64,000 bases of DNA from Octopus vulgaris (lineage: Eukaryota), in assembly GCA_951406725.2 (NCBI GenBank), contig OX597823.1:108314001-108378000 (forward strand), given 5' to 3'. Positions 39,661 to 52,799 of this stretch are shown here, in pieces. The position numbers were made by a program, and so were the translations under genes. Every line of letters starts with the position of its first letter. The stretch's first letter is position 1. The notes below the pieces were generated by a model that saw nothing but the letters and a program-made list of their open reading frames with translations, did not search any database and was not told where the DNA came from.

Positions 39661-40113
39661 TCATCATCATCATTTAGCATTTGTTTTCCATGCTGGCATG
39701 GGGTTGACAGTTTCAGTAGAGCTGTTAAACTGGAAAGCTGCACTAGATGCCAGTCATCTGGTTTCGCTTGGTTTCTACAGCTGGATGCCCTTCCTAATGC
39801 CAACCACCCCACAGAGTGTACCAGGTGCCTTTTACATGTTATTGGCATGGGTGCCAGCTAGCCATGTGTCATTGGCACAGGTGCCACTGGCATAGGTGCC
39901 ATTAACATGACACTACCACGAGTGCCTTTAACATGCCTTTATCAGTACAGGCCACAGTTGCAAATCACTGAGCTTCATGTGTTTTCTCAAGCACAGCAAA
40001 TCACCAGAAAAATTAAACCCCTTGTCATCACCTCAATGAAACTCAGCTGCTGAGGGTCATATTTCCCACGACTTCATGGGCATACCTTTTCCACAGATTC
40101 CCTTCACAGTTAG
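39661..40113 (-). mobile_element. Older RTE 3' fragment (tail plus ORF-end remnant)
   Basis: (CAT)n tail, GGATGCCCTTCCTAATGCCAACC, repeated GGTGCC units, then decayed sequence resembling the RTE ORF end. Confidence 0.7.
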
Positions 40114-40359
40114 GGGTCAGCAATGTGTGTGTGTGTGTGTGTGTGCTTGCATGTGTTTGTACCTCCTTGTTGTAAATCAATGTTATTATCATACAAGTAG
40201 AGTGTCATTCACTTCCAATTTTCTGCAAAAGCATGAATGGACATATTAGCAATGGTGGTGGGGGTGGGGGTGAGGGGTGGCATCCAGCCATAAAAAAACA
40301 AATCTGCCTCAATAAGCTTTGTGTGACCCATGCAAGCATGGAAAATTTTAGGTGAAAAC

Positions 40360-40815
40360 AATGATGATGATGATGATGACGATGACAATAACAACAATGA
40401 TGATGATGATGACAACAACGTTAATGATGATGATGATGATGATGCGGATGACAACGACAGTCATGATGACTGATGACAACAATGATGATGACGATGACAA
40501 TGATGACTGATGATGATGATGAAGATGATGATGAAGACGATGGTGATGATGATGATGATGATGACGATGATGACGATGTTGATGATGATAAAAATCACGA
40601 TGATAATGATGATGAGGAGGAGGAGGAGGAGGACGATGATGATGATGATGATGACGACGACAACCATGATGGTGACAATGATGATGTTGATAATGACAAC
40701 TATGATGACGTTGATGAGGACAATGATGATGACGATGATGATGATGATAGCAATAATGATGATGATGATGATGATGATGATAGCAATAATGATGATGATG
40801 ATGATGATGATGACG
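40360..40815. repeat. (GAT)n/(GAC)n microsatellite
   Basis: Degenerate trinucleotide array following a diverged family C tail at ~40240-40360. Confidence 0.9.
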
Positions 40816-41343
40816 TCTATGTAAGAAATCAATATTAATGGCAATGGATGGGCGCAATTAGTCGCATGGGATTTCTTCGAGGAGTTTACATTTCGAATTG
40901 AGACTACACTAGGGTCATGTTTGCCTTTCGTCTGTCATGGATCGTCAAAATAAAGTACCAATAAAGTACTGAACTCAATATAATCCATTATTCCCCATTT
41001 TCAAATTTCAGGCCTTGAAACAATTATTATTCTAGAATTATCCGACCAGATTCATGAACAGTAATAACAACATGCAGTTTAGAGGATTTGAACTCAAAAA
41101 TTTTGTGTCATCAAGAACATATCCATCAATTGGTTTGCCTCTTTTAGTGCTTGATATAATCCTAAACCTTCATACAGATTGCTCCACAAGGAGAAATAAT
41201 TTCCATTATTTGAAAAAGCTGAATGTCACAGAAAGGGAAGTGGACCGTGAGAAATAAGAGAAATCAAACAAAAATATTTCCAAAATTAACTTGACAAATA
41301 ACACAATAGGAATAATAACAATAAGAATAACAACAACATCAAT

Positions 41344-41384
<41 letters not shown>

Positions 41385-41544
41385 TAATAATAAAACTTAT
41401 GATAAATGTATAAATAAATAAATTAACAAACATAATTGTAATGAGGCGAGTTTTCATAAATGTTCATTTAATTATTGTAAGAATGAAATTGCAAGCATGA
41501 ATGTCAATGTTTAAGCCCAGCGCACCAAACACCTTCTCCATATA

Positions 41545-41973
41545 TAGACACACACACACACACAGATAAACACACAGAGATAAATACACACATACACACA
41601 TGCCCACACACACATGCGTAAAAGAACTCATACATTTGTATATACACATATATGTAGAGGTGTGTGTATATATATATATGTATGTTTATATATATATATG
41701 TATGTATATATACATATGCATATATATATATACATATATATATATATACATATGTATATATATATAAATGTATGTATATATATATATAAATAAATATATA
41801 TGTATATATAAATATGTACACATATTTAGACATACACAAACACACATATATAAAGGGATATATAGATAGACAGATAGGGACACATATATATTCATAAATA
41901 CCTATGTATATATATATATATATGCACATTCATATACTTATATATTTATACATACCTGTATGTGTGTGTGTAT

Positions 41974-42010
<37 letters not shown>

Positions 42011-42899
42011 AATATATATACATATATATATAAATAAATATACATAAATATATATATATATACATATACATATATAGATATATATATATAAATATATATA
42101 AATATACATACATACACACACATGCACACACACACACATGCATACATATCCACAAATGTAACATACATATGCACACCCATCTAGAGGAAATGTCAATGTT
42201 CCCCCGTGCCACCCACGAATGCACTGCCATATCAACCACAACAACAACAACAACAACGATATTACACACACACACACACACACACACCCATACACATAAA
42301 ATAGATAATTAAATAATTAAGAAGACAAAAATATACAAAACATAAATAAAAGAAACAAAGTGGAAACTACAATTACTGAATTTAGTGATAAATGACAAAA
42401 TGTCATGTTTAGGGATCAATGAGATTTGAAACTGGGGTTTGAGGATAATAAATAAATGAATTCAGATTCAAATTGGAAAGGATGGTGAAAGAGAGTAAGG
42501 GAAAAGCCTGTCTGTGTATGTCTGTATGCATGTGTGTATGTGTGCGTGTGTGAGTATGTGTGTGTTATAAACACACCCTCATACATACATACATACACAC
42601 ACGTGTGTGTATGTATATCTATTTGTATGTATATATGTATAGGCAGAGGGGTACAGGCATAGCTATGGAATAAGAGATTTTCTTAGCAACCTAAAGGTTT
42701 TGGGATCCATCTCACTCTGTGGCATCTTGAACAAATGTCTTTTATAATCCCTGATCAATGTCTTAGGAGTGGAATTGGTAAAGGTAAACTGTGAGGAAGC
42801 ACATTCAATACACACACGCATACATACATACACACTCACATATATACATACATACACATACATACATATATACACATACATACACACATACATACACAC

Positions 42900-42930
<31 letters not shown>

Positions 42931-43155
42931 CATACATACATACATACATGCATACATACATATGTACATACATACATACATACATACACACACAGACATA
43001 CATACAGACATACATACATACATACACACTCACATACATACATACATACATACATATGCACATACATACACACATACACACATATACACATACATACATA
43101 CATACATACATACATACACATATACACATACATACATACACACATACATACATAA
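41545..43155. repeat. Cluster of (TA)n/(CA)n/(ATAC)n microsatellites with a degenerate SINE A head (~42660-42810)
   Basis: Direct repeats. Confidence 0.8.
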
Positions 43156-43420
43156 ACAATGAATGAATGAACAATAAGAGAAAGCACTCAACAAATTTGG
43201 CTTGCGTTATATATATTTTAGGAAATATTTTGGCCCCATGCCACATGTCTTAAAATTCCATGGATGCTTAGGACACATCCAACTCATCAGATGATCAGAC
43301 ACAGAGTGGAGGATTTGAGAGAAATGCAAGAAGGCTTCTGAATGTTTAGACCTATATTGGTAAGCTCGGGTCACATGGAATTAATGCTGTCAAAATGACA
43401 CTGTTTTCATTATTTTTTAG

Positions 43421-43621
43421 GTCCGCGTGTTCAGAGAGGATGTTGGCAGGATGCTGGTGCCACTTTGGTGACAGGTTGCTGCACAGTATAATCACCATTG
43501 TACAGGACATGGTGAGGTGTGCTGTTGACACGAGTCAGTATCTTAGTCATCATTTAATGGAATATGAACACATTAGCAGCAGCAGTCTTTATATGGAAAA
43601 ATCCAAATTTAATGACTTTAG
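43421..43621 (+). CDS. Candidate internal exon of an unidentified host gene (201 nt, phase 2/2)
   Basis: Acceptor ctgttttcattattttttAG|G and donor AG|GTGAGA; length divisible by 3; one open frame SACSERMLAGCWCHFGDRLLHSIITIVQDMVRCAVDTSQYLSHHLMEYEHISSSSLYMEKSKFNDF. No recognised homology. Confidence 0.35.
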
Positions 43622-43652
43622 GTGAGATTGCATGACCAAAATGGATGGAATG

Positions 43653-44060
43653 TCATCATCATCATTGTTCGACCGTGGTCGAGACAATGGAATTTACCAT
43701 GCTATGCCAGACTTCACAGTCCATCATGGCATTACAGAGGTCCTGTTGCTGGATGCCTGTATCCCTGGAGATTACATCAGGGTAGGAGAGTGTGCACCCT
43801 CTGGTATTGCGAGTAGATGGCTTCCAGAGGAGAAGAGTAGAAATTACCTCTTTTTCAGCTCTACAACAATGTCCAGCAAACTGGACTCTCCTACCTTTCA
43901 CAAGAGATGACACAGGTGGTAGTTTCCCATATATTTGCATTTTGGTTGGATAGCACTTCCACGAGAGATATTGAGCTCTCATAAGGAGGCGAGCGTAGGT
44001 TCCATCCAACCGTCTCTCAAGCTTCTTTGATAACGTCCAGGTTTCTGAGCCATATAGTAG
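43653..44060 (-). mobile_element. RTE-clade LINE 3' fragment (second family)
   Basis: Minus frame LLYGSETWTLSKKLERRLDGTYARLLMRAQ..RRVQFAGHCCR..LLLWKP; ends in a (TGA)n tail. Confidence 0.85.
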
Positions 44061-44749
44061 TCATTATCATCATCATCACCACCACCACTACTGTCACCAC
44101 TACCAGCACCACAACCACCACGACCACCATCATCATCATCATCATCATGGAATGTAGTCAACATGGGTGGCAAGGATTATATACCCTACCCTTGTGTATA
44201 GGCCTGCTAGGCCTAGAATGGTCTATCTGTGTTGCTAGTGGCCAAAGCCTTGAAGTACATAAACAAGGAGTACCTTTGGTGGCATCAATAGGATAGTTCA
44301 TTCTTCCTGTTAACTGATACTGCAGGTTTGTGGAGTGTCTGTAGCCGTTGAGATGGAAATGATAATTGTGAGCTCCAGGTAAGGACGAATCCTGGCATTT
44401 CAGAGGTCATGGAGTTTCCAGATGAAGTAGGACAGAGAGACTACTGCTTCTTTCTTCTGTCTGGCTGTCCTAATCATCCTGGTCCTTCTGATGTCTCCAC
44501 TCTCTCTTCAAATCCCCCTCTTGGTCACCTGAGCAATCCTATATAACCTAGGTTATTGAGTACTCTCAACACTTGCTTGTTTCCCTCGTCCACTTTTAGC
44601 CTCACTGCTACCATTACTCCCCACCTCCCACCACTGCTCTTCCCCTCTCTCTATCTTTCTTTTTCTCTCTAATCCACATGCTTTTACTCACTAACTACTT
44701 TTTACATTCCTCTGTGTATATGTTTGAGTACTCCTGCACTGGCACCTCA

Positions 44750-45110
44750 ACAGAAGACTGACAAATTGCACTGGTGAATGAGACGATCTCTCTAGTGCTG
44801 GCCCCACCAAAGTGTGTCCAGGTGTTAATGTAAAAGGCCAGGCAAACTCTGCAGAGAATGTGTCAGCTTCTAAGGTCGTTTTATTCAACCTCTCAAGTAT
44901 TAATGTTGTGTAAAAAAATACACATTCAGTACACTCTATAAAGTGGTTGGCAGTAGGAAAGGGATCTAGGTCAGAAACCAAGCCGAATGACATGTACAAG
45001 CACCAGTTTCTGAGAGCAGCAGCTCCAGATAAAATAAACTATTCAGGCCATAATGATGATCCATGCAACCCATGCTAGCATGAGAAGTAAATATTAAAAT
45101 GATGATGAGG
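44750..45110 (+). mobile_element. Old RTE 3' UTR remnant
   Basis: CAGTACACTCTATAAAGTGGTTGGCAGTAGGAAAGGG...CAACCCATGCTAGCATGAG..TTAAAATGATGATG. Confidence 0.55.
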
Positions 45111-45189
45111 AGGAGGACTGGTGGTGGGAGTGGTGGTCATGATGGTGGTGGTGGTGGTGATGCTGATGACGATGGTGACAATGGCAATG

Positions 45190-45222
<33 letters not shown>

Positions 45223-45327
45223 GTGATGCTAGTGGTGGTGGTGGTGGTGGTGCTGGGAATGGTGACGGTAGTGGTAGTGATAATGATGATGATAATGACA
45301 ATGGTGATAATGATGATGACGATGGCT

Positions 45328-45359
<32 letters not shown>

Positions 45360-46050
45360 GGTGGTTGTTGTGGTGCTGGTAGTGGTGCCGGTAGTGGTGG
45401 TGGTGATGATGATGATAATGAAAATGGTGATGGTGTGATAATGATGATGACAATGACAATGATGATGATAATGATAATGATGATGATAATGACAATGATG
45501 ATGACGACGACTATGATGATAATGATGATGGTGGTGGTGGCGGCGATATATTTAAGTCAACTAAGGGGCTATAAAAGTGTTGCTCATATTCTTGTCAAGG
45601 AGATCACTTTAAAGATGTGTTTTTTCAGAAACAATCCTCAACCCTGGTCGTAACACAAATACTTCTGATATGAAACAGGCAACAATGTACTCCGGCTTCT
45701 CTCTGACTTTTGATTTTTTTTTTTACAATCTAATCTGTTGTACGGGTTAAGTTTAGTGACCACCTCCTCTGGTTTTGGAAATAACAAATTGTTTGAGGGG
45801 AAATTGTGACGAGTTTTGTTTGATTCTGTCTACAATGCTTGTGATGATGATGATGACGATGATGGTGGTGGTGGTGGTAGTGGTGGTGGTGGTGGTGGTG
45901 GTGTGGTGGTGGTGGTGGTGGTGGTGTTGGTTGTAATGATGATGATGATGATGATGATGGTAGTGGTGGTGGTGGCGGTGGCGGTGGCGGTAATAATGAT
46001 GATGATGATGATGATGATGATGATGGTGGTGATGGTGGTGATGGTGGTGG

Positions 46051-46081
<31 letters not shown>

Positions 46082-46104
46082 GGTGGTGGTGGTGATGGTG
46101 ATGA

Positions 46105-46136
<32 letters not shown>

Positions 46137-46149
46137 TTGGTGGTGGCGG

Positions 46150-46183
<34 letters not shown>

Positions 46184-46852
46184 GGTGGTGGTGGCAGCGG
46201 TGATGATGATGATGATGATGATGATGGTAGTGGTGGTGGTAATAATGATGATGATGATGATGATGGTAGTGGTGGTGGTGGCGGCGGCGGTGGTGGTAAT
46301 AATGATGGTGATAATGATGATGATGATGATGGTGGTGGTGGTGACGGTGGTGGTAGTAATGATGATGATGATGATGAAGATGCTGTTGATAATGACGACG
46401 ACAATGTTTATGTGGATGATTGGACGATGATGATGATGACGACAACAACAACGACGACGATAATGATATTGATTTTGATGGTGATGATGACGTCGACGAC
46501 GATGATGGTGGTGGTGGTGATGATGAACATGATAATAACAGCGATGATGATGGTATTGGTAGTGCATTGGCCTTGGTGGTGTCATGGTGTTGTTACTGTT
46601 GCTGTTGGTGGTGGTGGTGATAATGGTGATCCTACTGGTGATGCTGTGGTGGTGGTGGTGTTGTTAGTGTTCTTAGGGAGAGGTCATGATGTTGCTTTTC
46701 TTGTAGTGATGGTGATGATGATGATAGTGGTGATGGCAATGGTGATGCTGACAGTGACAGTATGGTGGTGATTATAGTGGCGTCAGTGGTGGTGTAGTGA
46801 TGTTGATGGTGTTAGGTGTGTTGTTAGAGATGATAAGGGTGATGATGATGAT
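45099..46852. repeat. Large compound (GAT)n/(GGT)n trinucleotide arrays
   Basis: Alternating GAT and GGT blocks at 45099-45545 and 45842-46852. Confidence 0.92.
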
Positions 46853-46928
46853 TTTTATTTATTTTGTTAAATAATTATGATTGCTGTGCTTTCTGCAGGA
46901 TACAGGTAAATCCATGTTGCCAGAAATA

Positions 46929-47021
46929 GGCGTAGGTGTGGCTGTGTGGTAAGTAGCTTGCTTACAAACCACATGGCTCCAGGTTCAGTCCCACTGCATG
47001 GCACCTTGATGATGGTGATAA

Positions 47022-47055
<34 letters not shown>

Positions 47056-47760
47056 GGTGGTAGTAATGATGATGATGATGATGAAGATGCTGTTGATAAT
47101 GACGACGACAATGTTTATGTGTCTTCTGCTATAGCCTCAGGCCAACCAAAGACTTGTGAGTGGATTTGGTAGACAGAAACTGAAAGAAGCCCATTATATA
47201 TATGTGTATATATCACTGTGATCACCATGACCGACCAGGCTTTCAGATGTTGCTACACAACGCTGGTCACAATGTGCTTTGCATTGTTTTTTATCCTTCA
47301 AATGATGCCACTCCACTGGCTAAGTGAGCAGGCCAACAGAAGAAAGAGCGAGAGAAAGTTGCTGCGAAAGAGTACAGCAGGGATCGCCACCACCCCCTGC
47401 CGGAGCCTCGTGGAGCTTTAGATGTTTTCGCTCCATAAACACTCACAACGCCCAATCTGGGAATCAAAACCACGAGTCCACTGCCCTAACCACTGGGCCA
47501 TTGCACCTCCACATGTGTTTATATATATATGTATGTGTGTGTATATGTTTGCGTCTGGGTTTGTCCCACCAACATTGCTTGATAACCGATGCTGGTGTGT
47601 TTATGTCCCCGTAACTTAACTGTTCAGCAAAAGAGACTGATAGAATAAGCACTAGGCTTACAAACAATAAGTCCTGGGGTCGATTTGCTCGACTAAACGG
47701 CAGTGCTCCAGCATGGCTACAGTCACATGACTGAAACAAGTAAAAGAGTAAAAGAGAGAG
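46929..47760 (+). mobile_element. SINE family A interrupted by two insertions
   Basis: Head 46929-47008, insert 47009-47118, resumes GTGTCTTCTGCTATAGCC, nested SINE at 47214-47512, tail to 47760. Confidence 0.9.
47214..47512 (-). mobile_element. SINE family D variant (related head/body, different 3' tail), nested
   Basis: Minus head GTGGAGGTGCAATGGCCCAGTGGTTAGGGCAG; shares GAAAGAG(C/T)GAGAGAAAGTTG with the 20967/56526 copies. Flanks ATGTGTATATAT and ATGTGTTTATAT (11/12). Confidence 0.85.
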
Positions 47761-48137
47761 AAATGTGAATCTGTACCTCCCCCACCACCACCACCCCACA
47801 AACACATAGGCACACTGCTGCATTGTTTGATGCAAGCACTGCACAGCGAGTGCACAACCAAGACTGCACAGAAACCGTACAAAGCAATCAGCATAATACA
47901 TCGTCAAAAGCTTACGACATTAAGGGCACAGTTGAAATCTTGAAGTCCTCAGAAAATCCCTGTCAAATATAATCCCCACCCACCTGACCACACTGCTTCT
48001 ATATTTACATACATACATACATACATGCACACACTCACAAACACACACAAACACACACATACACACACATATATATTTGGTTAATGATTTGTTATCTAAT
48101 ATATATACATATATATATGTATGAATATTTATATGCT

Positions 48138-48164
<27 letters not shown>

Positions 48165-48172
<8 letters not shown>

Positions 48173-48360
48173 ACAAAATAATATATAAACATATGTATAT
48201 ATACATACATATATGGACATACCTACATCTATATGTATATAAACATGCATTCGTTTGGTGTCCTGTACCCATATATGCATGTAGATATACATATAGATGT
48301 AGGTATGTACATATATGTATGTATATATACATATGTTTATATATTATTTTGTTATTATAT
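48165..48360. repeat. Near-perfect inverted duplication (74-bp arms)
   Basis: 48165-48238 vs rc of 48287-48360, 1 mismatch; further ACATGCAT/ATGCATGT pairing inside the spacer. Confidence 0.9.
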
Positions 48361-48387
48361 GATCGAATACCACGCATCCATTTCCAA

Positions 48388-48479
<92 letters not shown>

Positions 48480-48771
48480 ATATGTGCCTATATTGTGTTT
48501 TCCATTAATCTTCCTTTCCCTTTCTTTTCCTCCACAGCCAATAATATAATTGACCGGATCTTTCTTTCTTCCTCTCCATCTTATATTCATTCAGCTTCTC
48601 TGTTTTACATGCGTTTCTTTACTTTTTCTCAACATCTCCTTCTGTTTTATACTCCAGGTTTCTCCCTACATTTTGTATCCATTTCTTCCTCTGTCTCCTT
48701 CCATACACACACACACACACACACCACTTATATATATATATACATATATATATATACATACATTTATACAT

Positions 48772-48813
<42 letters not shown>

Positions 48814-48830
48814 TACATACATATATATAC

Positions 48831-48886
<56 letters not shown>

Positions 48887-48927
48887 ATATTTGTATATAT
48901 ACATACATACACATATATATGGGGGTG

Positions 48928-48964
<37 letters not shown>

Positions 48965-48997
48965 GCAAACATTCATAAATATATAGACACACTTATA

Positions 48998-49044
<47 letters not shown>

Positions 49045-49731
49045 GTGTGCATGTGTGTCTGTGTGTGTGTATGCGTGTATGTTTATAAGCACCCAATCTC
49101 TCAATCCTTCTATTTATCTCCAAATAGATTTCTGAAACAAAAGACCTTTCTCTCTCCGTCTCCCTCTCTTTCCCCCACTCTCTCTCTCACTCGCAAGCAA
49201 TTCCACCTTGCTCCAATCTAACCCAAAGCCTCAAAATCATCTTTACCTGAATCCAACCCATCCATCGACCAACACCAGCTCCTAAGTCCCATTCTACGGA
49301 TATTTCTCTGACTCTACTCATCGCTTTTTGTTTGGTTATAATCCGATGTTTTTGATATCATTTCAGTAACTGGTCAATTATATTATTCCATTTTATCAGA
49401 CCATACTTGTTTTTCTCGATATGCCACACAGAAATATTCTATAGTTGGCATTGACCAATGATGAGAAAATTTAGCAGAGCTTGTCTGAAAAGCTTGTTGT
49501 TCGATTGAAATTTTATGCCGGTGGTCAACCAATTTCATGCTGTTTACTCTCAGAGAAATGTTATACATACATGTATTCATATATACACGCATACATTCAT
49601 ATATACATGCATACTTTCATATATACATACATACATATATACACACATACATACATATATACATGCATACATATGTGAGTGTGTTTGTGTGTTTACACAC
49701 ACACACAAACATACACACAGACACATATATA

Positions 49732-49980
49732 TATATATATGTGTATATATATATACATATATATATGAGTGTATGAATATATGCACACATACACATATGC
49801 ATGCACACACAGATATATATATGTCTCTCTCTCTGTATTTATATATATATATATATATATATATGTGTATATATATATACATATATATATGAGTGTATGA
49901 ATATATGCACACATACACATATGCATGCACACACAGATATATATATGTCTCTCTCTCTATATTTATATATATATATATAT
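49732..49980. repeat. 124-bp tandem duplication inside microsatellite DNA
   Basis: GAGTGTATGAATATATGCACACATACACATATGCATGCACACACAGATATATATATGTCTCTCTCTCT occurs at 49767 and 49891. Confidence 0.88.
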
Positions 49981-49986
49981 ATATGT

Positions 49987-50112
<126 letters not shown>

Positions 50113-50489
50113 GTACATACATGTGTGTAAGTGTAATAATGCATATAAGTACACACATACACAGACATACACCCACAGATATAACTTGTCGGTAATAGTG
50201 ACGAAGGCGGTGACAGCAGCAGTGGTGGTGGTGGTTGTGGCAGTGGTGGTGGTGGTGGTGGTGGTGGTAGTGGTGTGAATAATTAGATAGATGATCCTCA
50301 AGAAAGGACACAGTAAACAATAGAATAATCTGCCTCCAGATATGTCAGCGTCCTTTAATAATGATCTCGTTTCAATTAAATAGACTCTATTTATTTGTCA
50401 GTCTCTCTCTATTGATCCAGCTAACCATCTTTTCATCTGTCTCTCAATATAACTGGGCCTCCACCTCTCAATCTCTCCCTTTCTGTCAT

Positions 50490-50522
<33 letters not shown>

Positions 50523-50629
50523 TATATATATGCATTATACATACACACATAGATACATATATTGTCGTATCAATATGTGTATCAACATAAATCTATCCAT
50601 TTAGTTATTGATAAGCTTCTATCAATTTA

Positions 50630-50656
50630 TATATATATCTATCTATTTATCTATCC

Positions 50657-50742
<86 letters not shown>

Positions 50743-50812
50743 CTATCTATCTATTTATTTATCTATCTATCTATCTATTTGTCTATCTTTTAATCTATCA
50801 GTCAATCTATCT
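50630..50812. repeat. (CTAT)n/(TA)n microsatellite
   Basis: Direct repeat. Confidence 0.9.
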
Positions 50813-51294
50813 AACAGGCTGTGCGTGTCTCTAATATATGCATGTATGTAAGTACATGTGTATATAATTCACTACCCTTATCCTCAGATCAATGTGTATG
50901 GATATTTACAAATATTTGGTTTACATATATATATACACATTTATATATACATACATACATACATATATATATACATACATACATATATATATATATTATG
51001 TATAAATATATATATGTGTGTGTGACTGTATATATGCATATGTGTGTGTGTGCATATATATATATTTATGTATATATATATACACACACACATACATGCA
51101 CACAAATATGCATATACACCTACTCATACACATATATAATATATTTGTGAAAATATACATGTTTATGTTGTCAATGATGAAAATGAGAATAGAAACTGCA
51201 AAACCCCAAACTAAATAGATTTAAGTATTATGCTTTGCTCATCTTGTTTCTGAGCTCAGATCATCTTGATGCTGATTATGTGTATTTATTTTTT

Positions 51295-51342
<48 letters not shown>

Positions 51343-51469
51343 ATTAGTAGAACATGTACCAGTAATATGCAGCTGGCTTGAATTTTATGAATATAAATTC
51401 TCAGAAAAATTTTTTCTTGATTCTAAGTTTAAATAAATCAATACAGGTATACTCTCTTACATCTAGATA

Positions 51470-51659
51470 TTTGTGACCGACTTGTTTTTCCTCCATCTTC
51501 CCTTCCTTGGATCCTTCCTTTTCCTATGTTTCTGATGAAGAGCTCCGCTCGAAACGTTAAACCCTTCTCCTTTCCTTCTTTCCTGAGCGTCCAATAGCAC
51601 TATACTTGTTCCACATCTTCGCGTTGTGTTTTATTTTTGTTTTCCTGTTTGGATTAACC
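51470..51659 (+). mobile_element. Penelope-like pLTR fragment
   Basis: Reverse complement of the 7653/57736/58784 family; ends GTTTGGATTAAC followed by (TA)n. Confidence 0.8.
51528..51562 (+). ncRNA. Minimal type I hammerhead ribozyme (PLE type)
   Basis: gttt-CTGATGA-a-gagc-tcc-gctc-GAAAC-GTT-aaac; palindromic stem III region AACGTT. Confidence 0.75.
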
Positions 51660-51669
51660 ATATATATAT

Positions 51670-51716
<47 letters not shown>

Positions 51717-52367
51717 CATACACACACATATATACATATTATATGTAACATATGCTATAATTATAAACGGCAAATTTTAGCCATTCTCTGCTGACTGACA
51801 AAAAATTATGAACAACCTTAATCAGTTTTCAAACTTTATTGGGTTCTCATCAGAGACGTCCACATCATTCTGTCTCCAGAGAAACAAGCAGCCAAGCTAT
51901 TTATATACTCAACAAATGCAGCAGTTACTCTATGAAGGGGTCCTGAATTTGCCCACTGAAAGTGTTTAACACTCTATAAACACCAGTGGCCTGTCAACAG
52001 GGATCTTAGTCCACACAGTATCAAGGTATGGTACATACATATATATATATATATATACATTGTTTGTATACATTTAAATATATATGTGTTTCATAAAATC
52101 AAATTAAAACATATTTTCATCTGCACACACCTTATGTAAAAATTCACCCAACTGGTTATTATTGAGATGTTCTTTCTTGACAATTTCATCTTTTGAGACT
52201 GTCATCTTTGCAACCTAAATTAATCAGATTATCCCCATGGAGTAGACGTGGATCTTGTTTTAGCTGATACTGAAATAAATACCGCTTTAGTCACTCATCA
52301 CCATAAGTATAGTTCTTCTGATGAACTCAGAGATGTGTGGATATCAAGGTAATGCAATCTTCATGAT

Positions 52368-52530
52368 GGTGCAGGAGTGGCTGTGTGGTAAGTAGCTTGC
52401 TTAAAAACCACATGGTTCCGGGTTCAGTCCCACTGCATGGCACTTTGGGCAAGTGTCTTCTACTATAGCCTTGGGCTGACCAAAGCTTTGTGAGTAGATT
52501 TGGTAGATGGAAACTGAAAGAAGACCGTCG

Positions 52531-52571
<41 letters not shown>

Positions 52572-52765
52572 TTGTTCCCCCACATCACTTGACAACCGAT
52601 GCTGGCGTGTTTACGTCCCCGTCACTTAGCGGTTCGGCAAGAGAGACTGATAGAATAAGTAGTACTAGGCTTACAAAGAATAAGTCCTGGGGTTGATTTG
52701 CTCGACTAAATGTGGTTCTCCAGCATGGTTGCAGTCAAATGACTGAAACAAGTAAAAGAATAAAA
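52368..52765 (+). mobile_element. SINE family A, full length
   Basis: Head GGTGCAGGAGTGGCTGTGTGG to tail AAGTAAAAGAATAAAA. Confidence 0.92.
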
Positions 52766-52799
52766 ATGGTTCTATGATTCAAAAACTTCCAACTGAAAG

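Noticed and set aside
44150-44500. Possible further LINE 3' fragment on the minus strand
   Set aside because: Follows a (CAT)n run, but I could not identify a diagnostic motif with confidence.
45099-46771. Long Asp/Gly, His or Pro/Ser-rich ORFs resembling biomineral or His-rich structural proteins
   Set aside because: Open in many frames on both strands, composed of pure GAT/GGT arrays, and beginning at a LINE (GAT)n tail; better explained as microsatellite.
46885-46912. 7-nt microexon TTTCTGCAG|GATACAG|GTAAAT (similar short candidates at 55697 and 61383)
   Set aside because: Cannot be distinguished from chance without transcript data.
52318-52345. CTGATGA hammerhead core
   Set aside because: No downstream GAAA or stem III at a suitable distance.
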